From assembly GCA_964035545.1 (NCBI GenBank), contig OZ037768.1:9580741-9644740 (forward strand): a DNA stretch of 64,000 nt. Reading direction: 5' to 3'. The position numbers and the translations under genes were made by a program. This DNA comes from Bugula neritina. Taxonomy: Eukaryota > Animalia > Bryozoa. The notes beneath the pieces were generated by a model that saw only the letters and a program-made list of their open reading frames with translations, did no database searches and was not told the origin of the DNA. Below, piece by piece: positions 1 through 14,255 of this stretch (the first letter of the stretch is position 1; every line of letters starts with the position of its first letter).

Positions 1-160
1 GTTGCTAAAGTCGACTTAAATTTGTGTGCTTAATATTTTCATATTTAATAATAGTTAAGATGTTTTTGTTGTTGTATGGTAACATGTACGTTTCACTGAG
101 GCACAAGTTGCATATACCTGTGAGTTTGATTTACATATAGTATCTAGTCTATACCTACAG

Positions 161-2091
161 ATGAGGGAGAAGTGTTTGGTTGGGGCAACTCCGAATACGG
201 TCAGTTTGACATTGTGACCCAGGATCCGCAACTTAACACCCCCACTCACCTTCCTATATCTTCTATATGTGGGAAAGTAGAGAAGGTGGCTGCAGCTGCC
301 ACTAATTGTGCAATTGTAAATGGTAAATTTTTCAAATCTGTAATTTTATAAGCTCATTTTATTTTTTATTGTCCATGTTGTGTTATTTTATTAACTTGTC
401 TTTTTTTTACTGTTATTCTTTGTTTTTGGTCATGTTTGCTGCTGCTAATTCTTTAAATTATTGAGTCTGTATATTCATCAGACATTATAGTGTTTAGCTT
501 TGAATATAAGATGAAACTCCTTCCAATACTATCACTAGCCAATACTGCTTGTGATGAAGTTTATATGTGATACAATTTAGTCATTACTACGGTGCTGGCC
601 TAATCTTGATTCATATTCACACACTGTGTTGCAGACAGAGGTGAAGTTTACGTCTGGGGCTATGGTGTACTGGGTAAAGGCCCCAAACTACAGCACTCAG
701 TAGAGCCAGAGTTGATTCCTATGACTCTATTTGGCATGAATACTTTCTCACAAGACAGCCGGGTGGAAAAAGTGTTCAGTGGAGTCAACTTTTTTGCTGC
801 AGTTACTAGTATGTTTTGTATATTTATTCTCTCATATCTTTCAGTCATTTAAAATTGTGGAAAGTAAATTGAGATATGAGTTTGTTAAATACTGGTTTAT
901 ACTTGAGACTCCAAAGAAATAAGTCACTCAATCCCATTAGTAGTTACCTGACTGGTGGTTGTCAAGTCAAAAAATTTAAAGCTAACTCAAGTTCAAGTGT
1001 CACCAGATTTGAAAGTCACATAAGCTGTATGTTGGCATTATATGTGTGTAAATATTCCTATATACACATTATATTTACTTATATCCTAGTAACAGTTGAA
1101 TAAAAAATGATTAGTAGAATAGAGTGCTTGAAGATTGTAGCTTGTAAGTTATAATTTTTTGAATGCCCTACTGAAACCTGACCGTATAGTTCCACCAATG
1201 GTAAATACGGAGAAAGTTTTAATGCCTGTTTAAGTCAGTTCTAATGAATTCTAGCTTGTTTTCAGCCATTTAAGTGCATTTTGTCACAAGATGCAAGTTT
1301 TTCTCAACTATACATGTAGAAGCAGTTTCTTCCTTCTTCACCATTATTGTTTAATAATCCATTTTTTCTGCCGTAGCAACTCTACATTCTGTTTCTAAAG
1401 ATATCACAACAATGTTTTGAAATCTGTTATTCTCCATAAAGCTGAGTCTCTTCTGACCAGTTTCAACCAATCACCACTTAGGATAATATTTATTTGCTAG
1501 ATTGACAAGCTAAAGTGTCATGTTTTCTACCCAAGCCTCCACTTAAACTATAAACCATCCTGTTTTGATTTTAAAAATGTTAGTCCAGGCTGTTGTATAT
1601 ACTTGAGTGCTCTGGTGTGTAGGTGTATGTCTTCGTGTCTGCAAGTTTTTGAAACAGATCACTAAACAGCAAAGAGGTTATGTTGCACAGCTTTTTGTAG
1701 ATACTAAAGCTCTTTATACTTGGGGGAAGAATGCCCACGGATGTCTTGGGCTCGGGCACAAAAATGTGCAGTATTTCCCTTTTATGGTATGTTGATTTTT
1801 TATACAACCTTGTACTAATCCAGAAAATGTCTTACCGTCAATCGTGTATAGAAGGTGATTTGTTTTGTAACTAAAAATTTAAAATAGATAAATCAGGCAT
1901 CACTATATTATGGTTTAAAATGCTTACTATGAATCAAATACACATTTGACTAAACTTCACTTTAAATGCAGCTACACTCTGTATCTGTTGAATAATTGGC
2001 CATTTTCTTGTAGGTTTCCGTAGGAAGTGAAGTAAATGACGTTGCGTGTGGTGCGGATCATGTGGTAACTCTCTGCCGCTCTTTTGTATAG
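161..2091 (+). CDS. RCC1L: RCC1-like G exchanging factor-like protein (RCC1L/WBSCR16), last four exons; 5' part lies outside the window
   Basis: Exons 161-322, 635-808, 1701-1786 and 2014-2091 (TAG) join in frame at GT-AG sites. They give RCC1 repeats EGEVFGWGNSEYGQ, GEVYVWGYGVLGKGP, LYTWGKNAHGCLGLG and VACGADHVVTLCRSFV*, matching the recalled RCC1L C-terminus (WGNSEY..., VWGYGILGKGP, WGKNIRGCLG, VACGVDHMVTLAKSFI). Confidence 0.93.
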
Positions 2092-3551
2092 ACAAATTTA
2101 CTATTTTATTCAGTTTGGAGATATTTTGCTGCTGATTTCATTGTACAAAGCTTCCAGCGCCAGGTTTTGGCATGGTTCAGGCGTATCATGCTTTTTATTG
2201 CGTTTGATTATATTTATTTATAACATGCCACCTGCGTTCAGAGTCTGTTGAGACTTCTTAAATTATGTAAATATTTTTTGTATGTACTTTCTTTTACTAA
2301 GTTTTTGTAAATGTTCTGAATGTTGTACTTTCTTTCAATATTATTGAGGCAATATAAACATTCAAAGTTACTAATTTAAGGCATAATTTGCTGTATGATA
2401 GTTATTAAAGTTATGCCTTGTTCATTGAAATGTTAATTAATGTGAATACTACTAAATTTGTAATTCGTTAAGACTACATTTCTTTTACCAAATCTATTTG
2501 ATCCCAACTATGAGTTTTCCCACTGACTTTTGTATATCACTACCTCCCCTCCCCTTGCATGGGGATAGTGTTAATCGACTGAAACCGCAACCATAAGATC
2601 ATGCAGTTTTTCATTTGATGTAATCCCGTACAGATCCATTTGATGTATGTGGACTTAGTGTACGTATTTTTTTTACCCATGACACGCTGGGGATTGCAAT
2701 AAAAATATATTTTATTAAAAAATTCATGCTTCTTGGAAAAAGGTAAGACAACTATGCACCATATAATAATTTGTGCAAACATTATGCTGCTTTGATATTT
2801 GCAACACAGCCTGTACTTTGAAAATTTGTAATCTGCATTGAATGCTTTAAAATATCTTAGCAAGTAACACAGGGCATTATGTCCCATTTTGGATTGAAAA
2901 TCATGCTTTTTAGATTTGCACAACAATCATCACCTGGTCACCTTTTGTGATGAAATTCAATCAAAGAGCATAAAGATGCATTGCATATTTACTCGTCTCC
3001 AGGGTGTTGCTCTTCTATTATTGCTGCAAAATAGAATGATTGTTTGAGGAGATGGTGGCAAGACCGCTTCTCAAGTTAACGCTGCAGCAGATGTATGCAA
3101 ACATCAAGTACAGGGTGGGTGTGCTCCAATCAATCAACTATCATTTGCCTGTGTGTCATTTTCAGTTTTCAATGTTTGTTACTGCCCAGTGGTATATATT
3201 ATAAAATCAATTATAAATTGTTGCCTTTGCTATAATTCCAAGACGGGACATCTGCCTCAAGCTTTTCTACTATTTGTTGATTGGCTGTATGGAAAGTGGC
3301 CGTGCGTCTTTGTTTACTAAGCATATCATTAGTGACAGGTGCTAATGGAGATGAACATAGGATGGCCTTTGTTATGCAGTGTGTGTTCTTTCAAACATAA
3401 TGAGAGCATCCTTATAAACCTGGGACAACACACATAGCTCACTTAACTCGTTATTAAATCAAGATATGGTTATATAGAGTTCACTAGTTGAATTTTTTTT
3501 TATTAAAGCTACATCAATTCTTACTACTGTTGGTCTCCGGAGGTAGTCAAA

Positions 3552-6500
3552 ATGTTTCCTCTCAGTCAGTATGAGGACCAACTGCGTTTGGCTTCACATG
3601 CTAAAGATGAAGGGTTCCAGTCTTTTAAGAAATGGGTACTTTCTACCTATGGTGACGGCTCAAAGACAAAGACAATATCTTGGTAAGACTGTTTACTTTT
3701 AATTAGTACCATTTATTAATTCAATATTTTCTGTTTATCACATTTATTTACATTCATGTATTTTAATTACTGTGTATTTTGGAAATTACATTATCAATCT
3801 GGTTGACCTATAAACTTGATGTATTTTAAGATTTCATTCTTGCAACTATAATATTTCTGACTGTTACATTTGCTTAAAGGTAAACGTGTTTTTGGCAGGT
3901 CTAAATATCTTAGAATTCATAAAGTTCTTAGTGGAAGGAGTCTTGGTGAAAGCCCAAAGTTTAAGTTTTGGGTGAAATCCAAAGGATTCTGTTTCTTGCC
4001 TTGTCCACAGAGGAACGGCTGGCCATCCGAGATGTCTGGCATGATTATTGCTTTACCTAATAAGGTGAGTTTCCTCTCCTTATTTATATAATTTAAGATA
4101 TAGAAACCCAATTATTTTAATTAAATCAACTGATAATTTTATATATTAACAAAAATGTTATAAATTTTTTGTTAAATTAAAACTTATTTAAATACTTTTT
4201 TTCTATATTTTATAGAAGACCTCGGTTGAGCGTGTCTATAAACGTGTGGCTGTTGTTGAAGAGTTCTTTAATATTATATATGACATCCACGTTAATATTA
4301 ATGGCCAGAATGGCAAACATGCTGGACAAAAGAGAACTTATAGAATGGTGAGACAACTCTTTTAAATATTGTATTTATTTGCATTAGCATACATGAAAAC
4401 TTTATTGTAAAATATAAATGTTATTGTTTCCATGCTATTTATAAACTGCTTCTTGCTTAAAATAAGTTTGACTGTTGTAATAAAATATTAAAGTTCATGT
4501 TGCACTTAGTATTAGTCATTGGATTTTAGTTGCGTATAAAATGTATGCATTGTTTTATAATAAACTATTGTGTATGCTTATTGCTCAGCTAATTCATGTG
4601 TGGAAAAATTTACAGATAATAGAGTCCTACGCGTTTTTACCCAGAGAAGCAGTGACTCACTTTCTAATGAATTGTAATGAATGTCGAAGTCGTATGCATC
4701 TGACTCCACCATCCCTGGGAGCAGACGTCTGCTGGAAAACCCGATCTAAACATTTGTCACCACTATCTGGCAGCCCGCTGTCACCCAGCAGATGCTCCTC
4801 TCCTACCCCCTCAGAAGTGTCTATAGATGTCGGCTGTGGATCAGTAAGTGTTTTAGTCTTGACAAATTTCTACAGGTAATAACCACCTGAATAATAAGGA
4901 AATTTATGTAGAGGTCAGCTACATAACCTCTTGCTTTTAGAAAACTTGGTTCACGCAAACATTCCTATGATACAAGGTTGTCCTAAACAAATTTTATGTT
5001 ATTATAACTGACAGTTATTAATATTATCATTGTTGGCTTTTTGCTGGTGAATTCTTCAGCCATTGGCTAATTTCGCTAGGCTGGCATAGGTTGGGATTTT
5101 CTCGACATGCGAGCTGATCCTAATTATTATTGTTACTACTATTGTTTGTTCCACGGCTTGAGTTAGGGTTGTTTCCTACCATCGAGCTAGTTCTGTTAGT
5201 TTGGGGTGGAGAGGACATTTTTCAAATGTTAGCTAATCCTAGCGGGGCTGGGAACTAGTCTATCCCAATTACTGTCCTGTAGCCAGGGAACCTTAAGCAA
5301 TATAGGGAGGGCTGCCTTCTGTATAGGCTTAGCCCACTTCAGTCAACTTCAATGCCAGATCCTGGTATAATTTTTATTTTTTCAACTTTTTTTTCAACTG
5401 GAAATTGTTATCATTATAGATGGTTGTTAATGCCTTATCAAAAATATTGTTAATTTTTCTGCAAAAGAAATAACTGAAAAGAAAATCACACATAGTATAC
5501 TCAGATTCACAACACACAATACACTAGGCAGCATGTTTTCACATGACAAGCACCTAAGCTGGCAGGCCTGGACATCGGCCTTAAGTTGCTAAAAGAATAT
5601 GTCTAAGTAATGGAGTGGAACAACCTGCTTTATAATGATATAAGGAAATAATTATGAAGCAAAACCTTTTGTCACCAATATCAGTTGTTTTAATAGAGCA
5701 ACTGACACATTGAAATTAACTACAAAAGTTTTATAAGCACAGAAAATAGGCTGTTGCATTTGTATAGCTGAATATTAGTTTTACAATACTTGAATCTAGT
5801 TGAACGTAAAAACTGAGAAACAAATTATAATGGTGATGGCAGTGGGTTATTTCTTATGATTGGTATACCAATCAGTTGGCAACAGGTAACAAAGCTCTTC
5901 GTGTTGGTGCTTTCATCAGTCAATCAATATGCAAATAGGTACCAGTATTCATACAGTAAGATCACTTGAGTAAAGTTACTGTACCTATGTTAAAACTGCT
6001 GTGAGCTATACCTTTATTCATCCGCAATGACATATTACTCTTTTTTTTGCACATTTGAGTGCAAGATGTTAAGATGTTAAATATAATATTAAGACCTCCT
6101 ACTTGTTCTCAAGTCCTAAACTGTACACTGCTTAAATTTTCAAGTGTTGTACATTATTGCTTTTGTGTTCATGTATTCGGGCATTCATAGAATAGGGTTA
6201 GAGTGACTGTAGAGTTGGTGAATCAATTGAGAAATATTCAAACAGTTGCAGTTGCCTTCGCACCATTACACACCCACAGTTTGGAGGATGCGTTTGCCAA
6301 TTTGATACAAAAGCATATTTAACACTTAGCTGTTCCCCAAAAGATTCAAGAGAGACTTATTTGAAGTGCATGAAAAAACCGATAAAAGAACAAAAAAAAC
6401 TTAATTTTCAATTGAAGGGGCTCAGCCATTAAAATGCAATATCAAAAGACATAGATAGTACCCATTTATTGATTTTAATCAAGTCAGCACTGCTGCTTTT

Positions 6501-9500
6501 GTTAGCTTAATAAAAAAAACCGATGGTGTCGTGATATTGGCTAAAGCGTTGTTTAATGTAGATGAGTGCATAGTACCCTTGCTATAATCAATACAGCCAT
6601 CTAGAAAGGGGTATATTATTTAGCAAGGTGTGTATTTACGAGCTGGTGGCATACTTAGTAGCAAGCTTACAGGTGCCCTGTGTTCAACCAATATGCGAGG
6701 CTTAGGTAAGCATTCATTGTAACACGAGTATTGAGATCTCATCACTTTTTCAGATATTTTATAAGTTTTATAAATTAGCTCCACTCTTGAGAAAGTGTCT
6801 CTAAGTGTAATATCTTCTCGCAGAAGTTTACATTTTTGGTTCTTATTTTCATATTTTTGTATTTACTGTATATATTCCTGCTTTGTCATAATCTATTATA
6901 TCATGTGAAAGCAGCTTTTCTGCCCCATCTTAAGATTTTGGAAGTTTATATCACCATAAATGATATGATAATCAGTTGTAGCATCATTGCCCCCAATAAT
7001 GCCCCAGATGTCTGACAAGGAGCCAATCAAATTGAAGATAAACTCATACTAATAGAAGGACAGGTGTATTGCTGATTGCTAGTCATATAACAGCACCTTT
7101 TCAATACTAATCTTAAACACGCAGAATAGGGTGCAAGCCTATTACCCTATTGAGTTATAAAAATCAATTTATGCTTCAATATTGTGTTTGTTGCAATTTT
7201 AGCCTTATTCCAGTACAATGAGTGTAACTGAAGTAACCATGTCGTCAGCTGAAGGGCAGTCATCTAACGTGGAGGGTGATCCTGTGGCAGCTGCTGACAG
7301 TCTAGAAGAAACAGCAGCAACCTGTATAGAGTCAGCGTGTTCCAGCAGGGAATCATCTCCACCTCATAGTACAGGTTAATGTTTGATGAAAGTTCTAGAT
7401 TCTGTAGTTTAAAGACTTTTTAAGTTGTTACATCATATAGCCTAATTTCACTGGCCCTATAGTAATAGAATATATTTTAATTTAGAATATGTGACCTGCG
7501 TATCTGCAGTTTATTTAATATATTGTGCTGATATAGTAAAGTAGTTATTAAACTTGCTTTAACTTATCTGTATAAGTAAATTTGTTAGACAAAGCTGTTA
7601 GAGAATTTTCACGTCACCATAGAGTTGTCTTCTTTTAAATATAAAAATAGAATGGCTACTGTTGAAATACCAGTGTTAGCATTAGCTTCAAGGTGGTCTG
7701 TTAAAAAGTCCCTGACACACTTCATTTATGCAGTTTTAAAATATTCACATATATCTTAGCTATCATCTACACTCTACAGGCTGTTTGAGGGTTCTATGCT
7801 CAAACAATTTTGTTTTATAATATCTTTTGTGCTCATGCTGAGGATGTTTTTGTTCAGATCTGGAGTCTATGGTATTATAGAAATAATAGTAATCATTGCT
7901 GACTTTCATTGCATGCTTTTCTTAGCTGCTGCTACACACAGCGTAATCACTGAGTTAAAAGTTTAAAATTTAAACAGTTTCTTAATAGAATTGGCTTTGA
8001 GTAACATTTTTCTTATTTTTAGTAGTTAACCAAAAATAATGCTATGTAACTGGCTACATATTAATGACTATCATTTTTTGTTTTAAAATGCAAAATGTTA
8101 CACTTGTTCTATCATTTTTCTCATCAACTATTAGTATATATCTCTTAGCAAAAATATGTTCTCCCATTTACTTACTTCAAACCTACTACTTCATAATTTT
8201 GTATCTTTTGTCTAATAGACACGTGATCTACCAAAATTTCCCTAATTTTATGTCATTGAATGTAATAAAAACGTTTAAAAAGCTTTATTTTTCTTATAAA
8301 TATATTATCAGTTTTAAAATGCTGTAATTTATATTTTTAAATTCTACTACTTTGCTTGACAAAATGTTTATTTTTGTTACTAAGTTTTTCTCGACTATGA
8401 ACTTCAGAGTGAAGAGTTTATGTTGGAATACATTCAACTGAAGATGTGAATTATTTCTTTGTGTTGTTTCAAGCATTTCAGTTATATAATACGCTATGTT
8501 TATTAATACAAGATAATTAGAGTTGCCAATGCACGCTGTTGTCATTACGTACTCAATATGCGTTATGTTATGTACATTCAATCAGGTGAAGTTAAAGAAG
8601 ACAAACTCTCAGCTCTAACTCCCATTAAACCAGAACCAAAAGTTCATCTCTCGTCAAAAGTTGAAACTTTGCAAGATGACAGTTCTACAGAAACGCTTCT
8701 AGAAAAATCTTTGCCCAAAATTCCATTGATCTCTAGTCCTTTGAAAAGATCTGCAGATTCATCTCTTAATGTAAGTACTTGTGTTTATCATTGTGAATGT
8801 GTGTTGACATCGTTGGTGTTCCCAATAACATTGTACCGCTTAGTGCCATACCTGCCAAATCTATTTTGCAAACTAATGTTGAGAAACTGCTTTAGTTTTG
8901 GGTTTGATGAGACGAGATGTGCCACTGTAGGTGTGATATGGGTTAGCACCAGCTAGGTACGGTGTTGGTCATAAACTCATGCTATTGATTTATGCCCAAT
9001 GTAGAGTGTGTAGAGTGTACAGAATGAACGCTCAGCTAAGTCTATTCAGTAAACATAGGTATAAAGAACTACAAAGACTCTTATACTTGGCCAGTTCCCT
9101 AATTGAAACAAATCTCCGCTCTTTCAAAATGAATTATTGATTTTTAAGGCAATTTGTTAGAGTAGATATACCTGTGAATGTGTAATTATGGTGGAGCATT
9201 GATGGTGTAGACATGATCAGTTAGTGCCACCTAATAATTATCAGTCATTCACTGCTTGCCTTTATCTTGCTCACATTCATCGTTCAATCTCTACAGTATT
9301 AATTAGATGGTAAATGATTTTACTACTTTGCCTGCTTTTCACTGAATTATTATTATATGTCATTAAAATGGTGTTAAATGGGGCATCATGCGCAACTTGC
9401 AATTTGTAGTTGAGTCCAACCATGTCTAAGAAAAGCAGCGATGACGCAGACGACGACGACGAGGACGAAGAAGATGACAAGATGTTAGCAACCACTGGGC

Positions 9501-12500
9501 TAGAATTCGATCCAGAAAGGCTTAAGGCTTTCAATGTATGTATATTTATATTTCTAATATAATCACCTGCAACACTTTTAATATCTGTTATACATTTTTT
9601 GTAAGATTGGAAAAAGTTCTTATAATGTATTTTCTTGTATCCTTAATTCTAGATCCTCAGATTCATTTTACGTTTGGCTATCACTGAATGCTTAGGAGTT
9701 GTGTATTCATGTGTATTACATCATATGCTTTGTATTTCTATGTCATATTTGCAAGTATATCACATGTGAAATATTAACCTATGTTTGCCAGAATTGTTTA
9801 TCTACTTTATTGAGTTTGCTATTTAAATGTTATATTATATTCAAATAAAACTGTTCATCAATTTTCCTAAGTTCCAATTGTTTATTTATACTATTTGAAG
9901 CATTTTTATATCTAAAAATGTATTTGACGTTTCTTTTGTTGCTATCAACACAGTCGCTGGTAAATTTTGTGTGTCTCACAGGTCTTGATGTGTATAGAGC
10001 CATCAAAACTTGCCTGGTTAGGGAAACCTGTGGTTGGCTTAGGCATAGATTTCTGCACATATTTTTCACCCAGTGTATATATATGTTTTCTATGTACATT
10101 TAGATGTTCTGTCGGCTCTTTGTGGATGAAAACCTGGACAGACAAGTACCCATTTCTAAGCAGCCAAAAGATAAAGTTCAAAAGATTTTGGATGCTTGCG
10201 ATCGACAATTTCCAGAATTTCGCGACAGATCAAGAAAGCGAATCCGTACTTATTTGAAGAGTTGCAGACGTATGAGACGAACCAGAGAGCTCAATGGGAA
10301 TAATCGTGATACAGTACGTTGAGTTAGTCTTATGAATCACTGTTGTTGCTTAAATTAAGCTATCGATGTGTTTTAGCAGTGTCTAAAATTTAATGTTGGA
10401 AAGCCTTCTACTCATTATAAAAGTCTATATAAAATGTAGAACATTATAAGGATTGATTTTATGTATTTCATATTTATACGCATAAATGGTATATTGCAAA
10501 TGAGAAACTCTTAATTAAAGTTTTTCTGCTTAAAATATTTGATAGAAATTTAACCTTGAAGACTACTTTTGTCTGTCTTATATATTTTACAAGAAGAAAG
10601 TTCACAGTTTTCTATTTTACTGGTGATGCCAAAGTTGCATGCACATATAGACAATATCTTTTCATGTTTCTACTAATAGTGTACACATCCCAATCAGTTT
10701 GCATGGCTTAGTCGCCAGTTATAATTACTTCTGCTAAATTTATGAAGGCGGATTTCAGTCATATAAATTTTTTATACACAATATGTTCACAGTGATTATT
10801 TTAGTCTTAGTCATACTATATTGTTATAAAGCATAAATCAAATTATTACGAAGGTTGTTGTAAACAAGAGATGACAACTTCTGTACCAAGTTTACGTCTA
10901 ATCAATAAGATTGATAGAGAATAGCATAATTTCTAGAATATACTTAATAAGTTTCCTATGTAGAGTCGTCCCACCCCTCCCCACCTCACATCTCCTGTGG
11001 CAGAACAGCTACTCAGTGTTGCCTGTGAAAACGAAGCTAAAAACATTAGACTAATCAACATGGGTTTGGAACCATCTATCACAACGCCAAAGGCAAAACC
11101 TGTGCCTAACCACATTACAGCAAGTAATGTGCCATCTTCTAGCTCAACTTTAGTCAGTATGCCATCTCTGGTCCCTGCTAATATTGCTCAAGCTGCAACC
11201 CCGTCTGCTGCGGCTGCTGCTGCCGCCGCTGCTGCTGCACATCGAATGTTTCCAGATTGGAGGTTAGACTATTGTTCATAGAATCAAATACTTTATATGC
11301 TGTGACACAAACTATATATTCTATTGGTTGACAGAGTTTTTATAGTTTATAGGGTTGTTTTGTTTTCATCCTTATGATGAGTCTTTGAGAGGTTTTTAAG
11401 TAATAGAGGTTTTTTATAACTCAGGCATTACATAGACTGTCATTACATATTCTCAACAAGTATCTCAGATTTAAATGCTAATTCCTGGTATTAACCGATT
11501 TGAAGAATAGCGCAACAACCGCTTTCATTTATCATTGTGTTTACAGGTTTCCTCATGCATCACACTTCAGACCTGACCTAGCTCCTTTCTTTGGCAACGG
11601 CTTTTTCAGACCTCCTTTTCCTGGTTTTCCTGGACATGTTCCAGCAGCAGCTGCCTTGCAAGCCTCCCCGGCAGCAGCCCATCTTACTCTTCACTCACAC
11701 TGTTAGTACCTTTTTATTTATGATTTATGCTAGTTGCATAAGCCCTGATACTCCAATAATTGAAGTAGCATTAATGATAAAATTCTTGTTCACCTGCGCC
11801 TCAAGTTTCTATATATCTTCTGTGTAAAGACCTGCACATGTGCGAAGCTCAATTACTATCAGACTTTTTCCTACATTATATTTTTGTTAACAGACTTTTT
11901 TTACTTTGTTTATGATAACATTCACTGCAAGCAATGAAACTGAAAAAAAGTTTCTGGAGTCAAACATAAATACTATAATAAAAACTTGACTCTCTAAGTG
12001 TCATGCACAGAACGCTTATACTCTTTATTTCCGGTTTTTTCTGCTCTATCTAACTAATAGCAGGACAGTTTATGGTTTTATATCTATTTATTCCACTGTT
12101 ACAAGCTTCTACTGGTACTACTGATGTGATCAATTCAAGGCCCAGAATACACCAAGTTATTTAATAAGAGGCATGAACATGTCTAATTGCAGCACTTGCA
12201 TCAAACATAATGTGTGAATAATACTGCCATGTCATCATGTTGACTAAGTTACTGGTATGACAGCATAAATGATTTGTTTAGGGATTTCTGGTGTAGCTTG
12301 TTTGTAAACTGTGTCTTCAAGTTTATGTTTAAGCTATTGGTACATTATTTTAATTTCTTTCTTTACCAAAAGTTTGTGTGATCTAAACTTATAGATATTT
12401 TTCAACCCAGTCTTACTATGCAAATCATATACATGCTTTGAAGTGTAAATTTTGTTGCATTTTTACAGTTTGTGTCAATTTGCTTGTACAGTATGCACTA

Positions 12501-12752
12501 AAGCACATGTGCCTTATAGTTATTTCCCACAGTTTATTTTTTGGCCTTTTTCTAGCTGTGAATGAAATAGCGACACCAAAGAAGCCATCTACTCCATCAC
12601 TGTCAATATCTTCATCACCAAGCAAAGGGTCAGTGCTAACGCCCGCAGAGGTGTCATCTATTAGACAGTTGATCTTAGGCTACCGTGAATCCGCTACTTT
12701 CCTGTGCAAGTCGGCAGATGAACTGGAGCAGTTGGTGTCACACGCTAACTGA
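3552..12752 (+). CDS. NOL4: Nucleolar protein 4 / NOL4-like, 11 coding exons, about 666 aa
   Basis: Exons 3552-3682, 3899-4064, 4216-4347, 4616-4843, 7203-7374, 8586-8770, 9410-9535, 10104-10313, 10964-11262, 11547-11701 and 12556-12752; all phases are compatible (2001 nt). Family motifs: [97 protein letters not shown]...SADELE. Exons 5-6 are low complexity and less certain. Confidence 0.92.
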
Positions 12753-14065
12753 CTGACGCCTGTAAGAGCTACTTCTACTCCACGCTGAGAGTTGGAAATT
12801 ACTTGTTGTGGTTTTTTATTTCATTCATGATATTCCTTGATTGCCAGTATATCTAGCGGGTATCTTGTTTGTCAACGAATCAGTTTTTGTCAGCTCTTAG
12901 TACACTCATCAAAACTTTACTTAAAATCGGAATATCTACAAACTTATATTAACTAGGTTGGACTTTTTGTTGACACTATTCTTAGTGATTTTCGTGACCA
13001 ACATATTTTGGGATGTCCTAAATTTAAACTTTAAAATGATATGGCATCGTGTTATCGTGCATAAAACATTATATGTTTTATAATGTAAATATTTTAATGA
13101 GTAGGATGGTATTAGAAACCTTAAAAGTTCATAAGTATTTACATGTATATACTTGCTGCAACAGTCTTGAGTAATAGAAATGTGGATTTCACCATGTTGG
13201 GTGTCAGCAAGGTGGTATTGCCTACTCAATGGGCATCCATGTGTATGAAGTAAATACTTGTTAGTCAGCTAGTCCAATGGTGAAGCGACTTTTTTGTGTT
13301 CTACTCAACAATAACTATTTGCTCAAGTTTTACATTGTTTTCATGCCTCCAGTGTTTTACTATACTAAGTATTAGATCCTTAATTTACTCAATATATTTC
13401 ATATCTGTTATGATATACATTATGTTGCACAGTAAACTGTCCTATTTGTTCAACTGCAATATATTCTTGTGATTTTGCCTATTTATTGGTTCAAGCGTGA
13501 CCCCCCCCATCATTCCATTTTTAAATACAATTATATAATATTTTTACTTGTTTACAACATTGTTTACACTATTTATTGCAATAGTTTGATTTTGTCATAA
13601 TATTTATTTCTTTTGTTGTTTAGTGGTGCAATATTTATTTATATAGTGCAATAGTGTAACGGCATTGAATTGCTAGACAATCTAAACCATTGTGGGTTAT
13701 TTATTTGTAATTTTATAGTGTTGTACTTATATCTTAAATAATGTTGTTTTTTTCACACTTGGAATTGTTATTATGTTGTTGTTGTAGTCATTGCTGTTAT
13801 TAATAATGTTATATTTTGTATTAAATATATATATATTAAGTGATATAATGCATTACCACTTTGGCCAGCTGTTATTATGCATGTATTAAGTGATTGTGTT
13901 TCCCTGCATCTGGATATTAGAAAAGGCCAAAATTAAGTTACACTGAAAGTTATTAATAGAACTCTAAATTGCAGTTAAAGCCTTTTATCATTGAAACATG
14001 GTGCATCATGATACATAAGTATAAATAAAAATAAGTAATTCCATCTTGTAGCTTGTTTATGCCTG

Positions 14066-14255
14066 TTTAGTCCTCATCACCATGAAAACCCTGGTTTTCA
14101 CAGTAGACTAAGGACTCTGATTCTGTTAGTAACATGGTTTGGGGGCTTCTACTTGTGGCACAGGCACCAGATGCTCTCCCTGACATCATCAATACCAGCT
14201 TGCCAGGATTCAAACCCACAACCTGGTAATCCTTGCAACACCAATGCACTTAGCA
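14066..14255 (-). mobile_element. tRNA-derived SINE, degenerate copy of the family at 41431
   Basis: The reverse strand reads GTTGTGGGTTTGAATCCTGGCAAGCTGGTATTGATGATGTCAGGGAGAGCATC...GTGCCTGTGC...AGTCCTTA...CAGGGTTTTC...GACTAAAC, collinear with 41431-41637. It includes a degenerate Pol III B box. Confidence 0.75.

Noticed and set aside
551-612. Box C-like GTGATGA in an RCC1L intron (snoRNA candidate)
   Set aside because: No correctly placed CTGA box D or terminal stem.
2540-2926. 128-aa minus-strand ORF between RCC1L and NOL4
   Set aside because: Non-ATG start, composition typical of random AT-rich DNA and no recognisable homology.
9637-9647. GTATCCTT resembling a U12-type donor in a NOL4 intron
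   Set aside because: It is not at an exon boundary; the flanking exons join correctly through ordinary GT-AG sites at 9535 and 10104.
12750-12788. Stop-codon readthrough of NOL4 (TGA-CTG, short extension LTPVRATSTPR)
   Set aside because: The context is only weakly leaky (not TGA-CTAG), the extension has no recognisable signal, and conservation cannot be assessed here.
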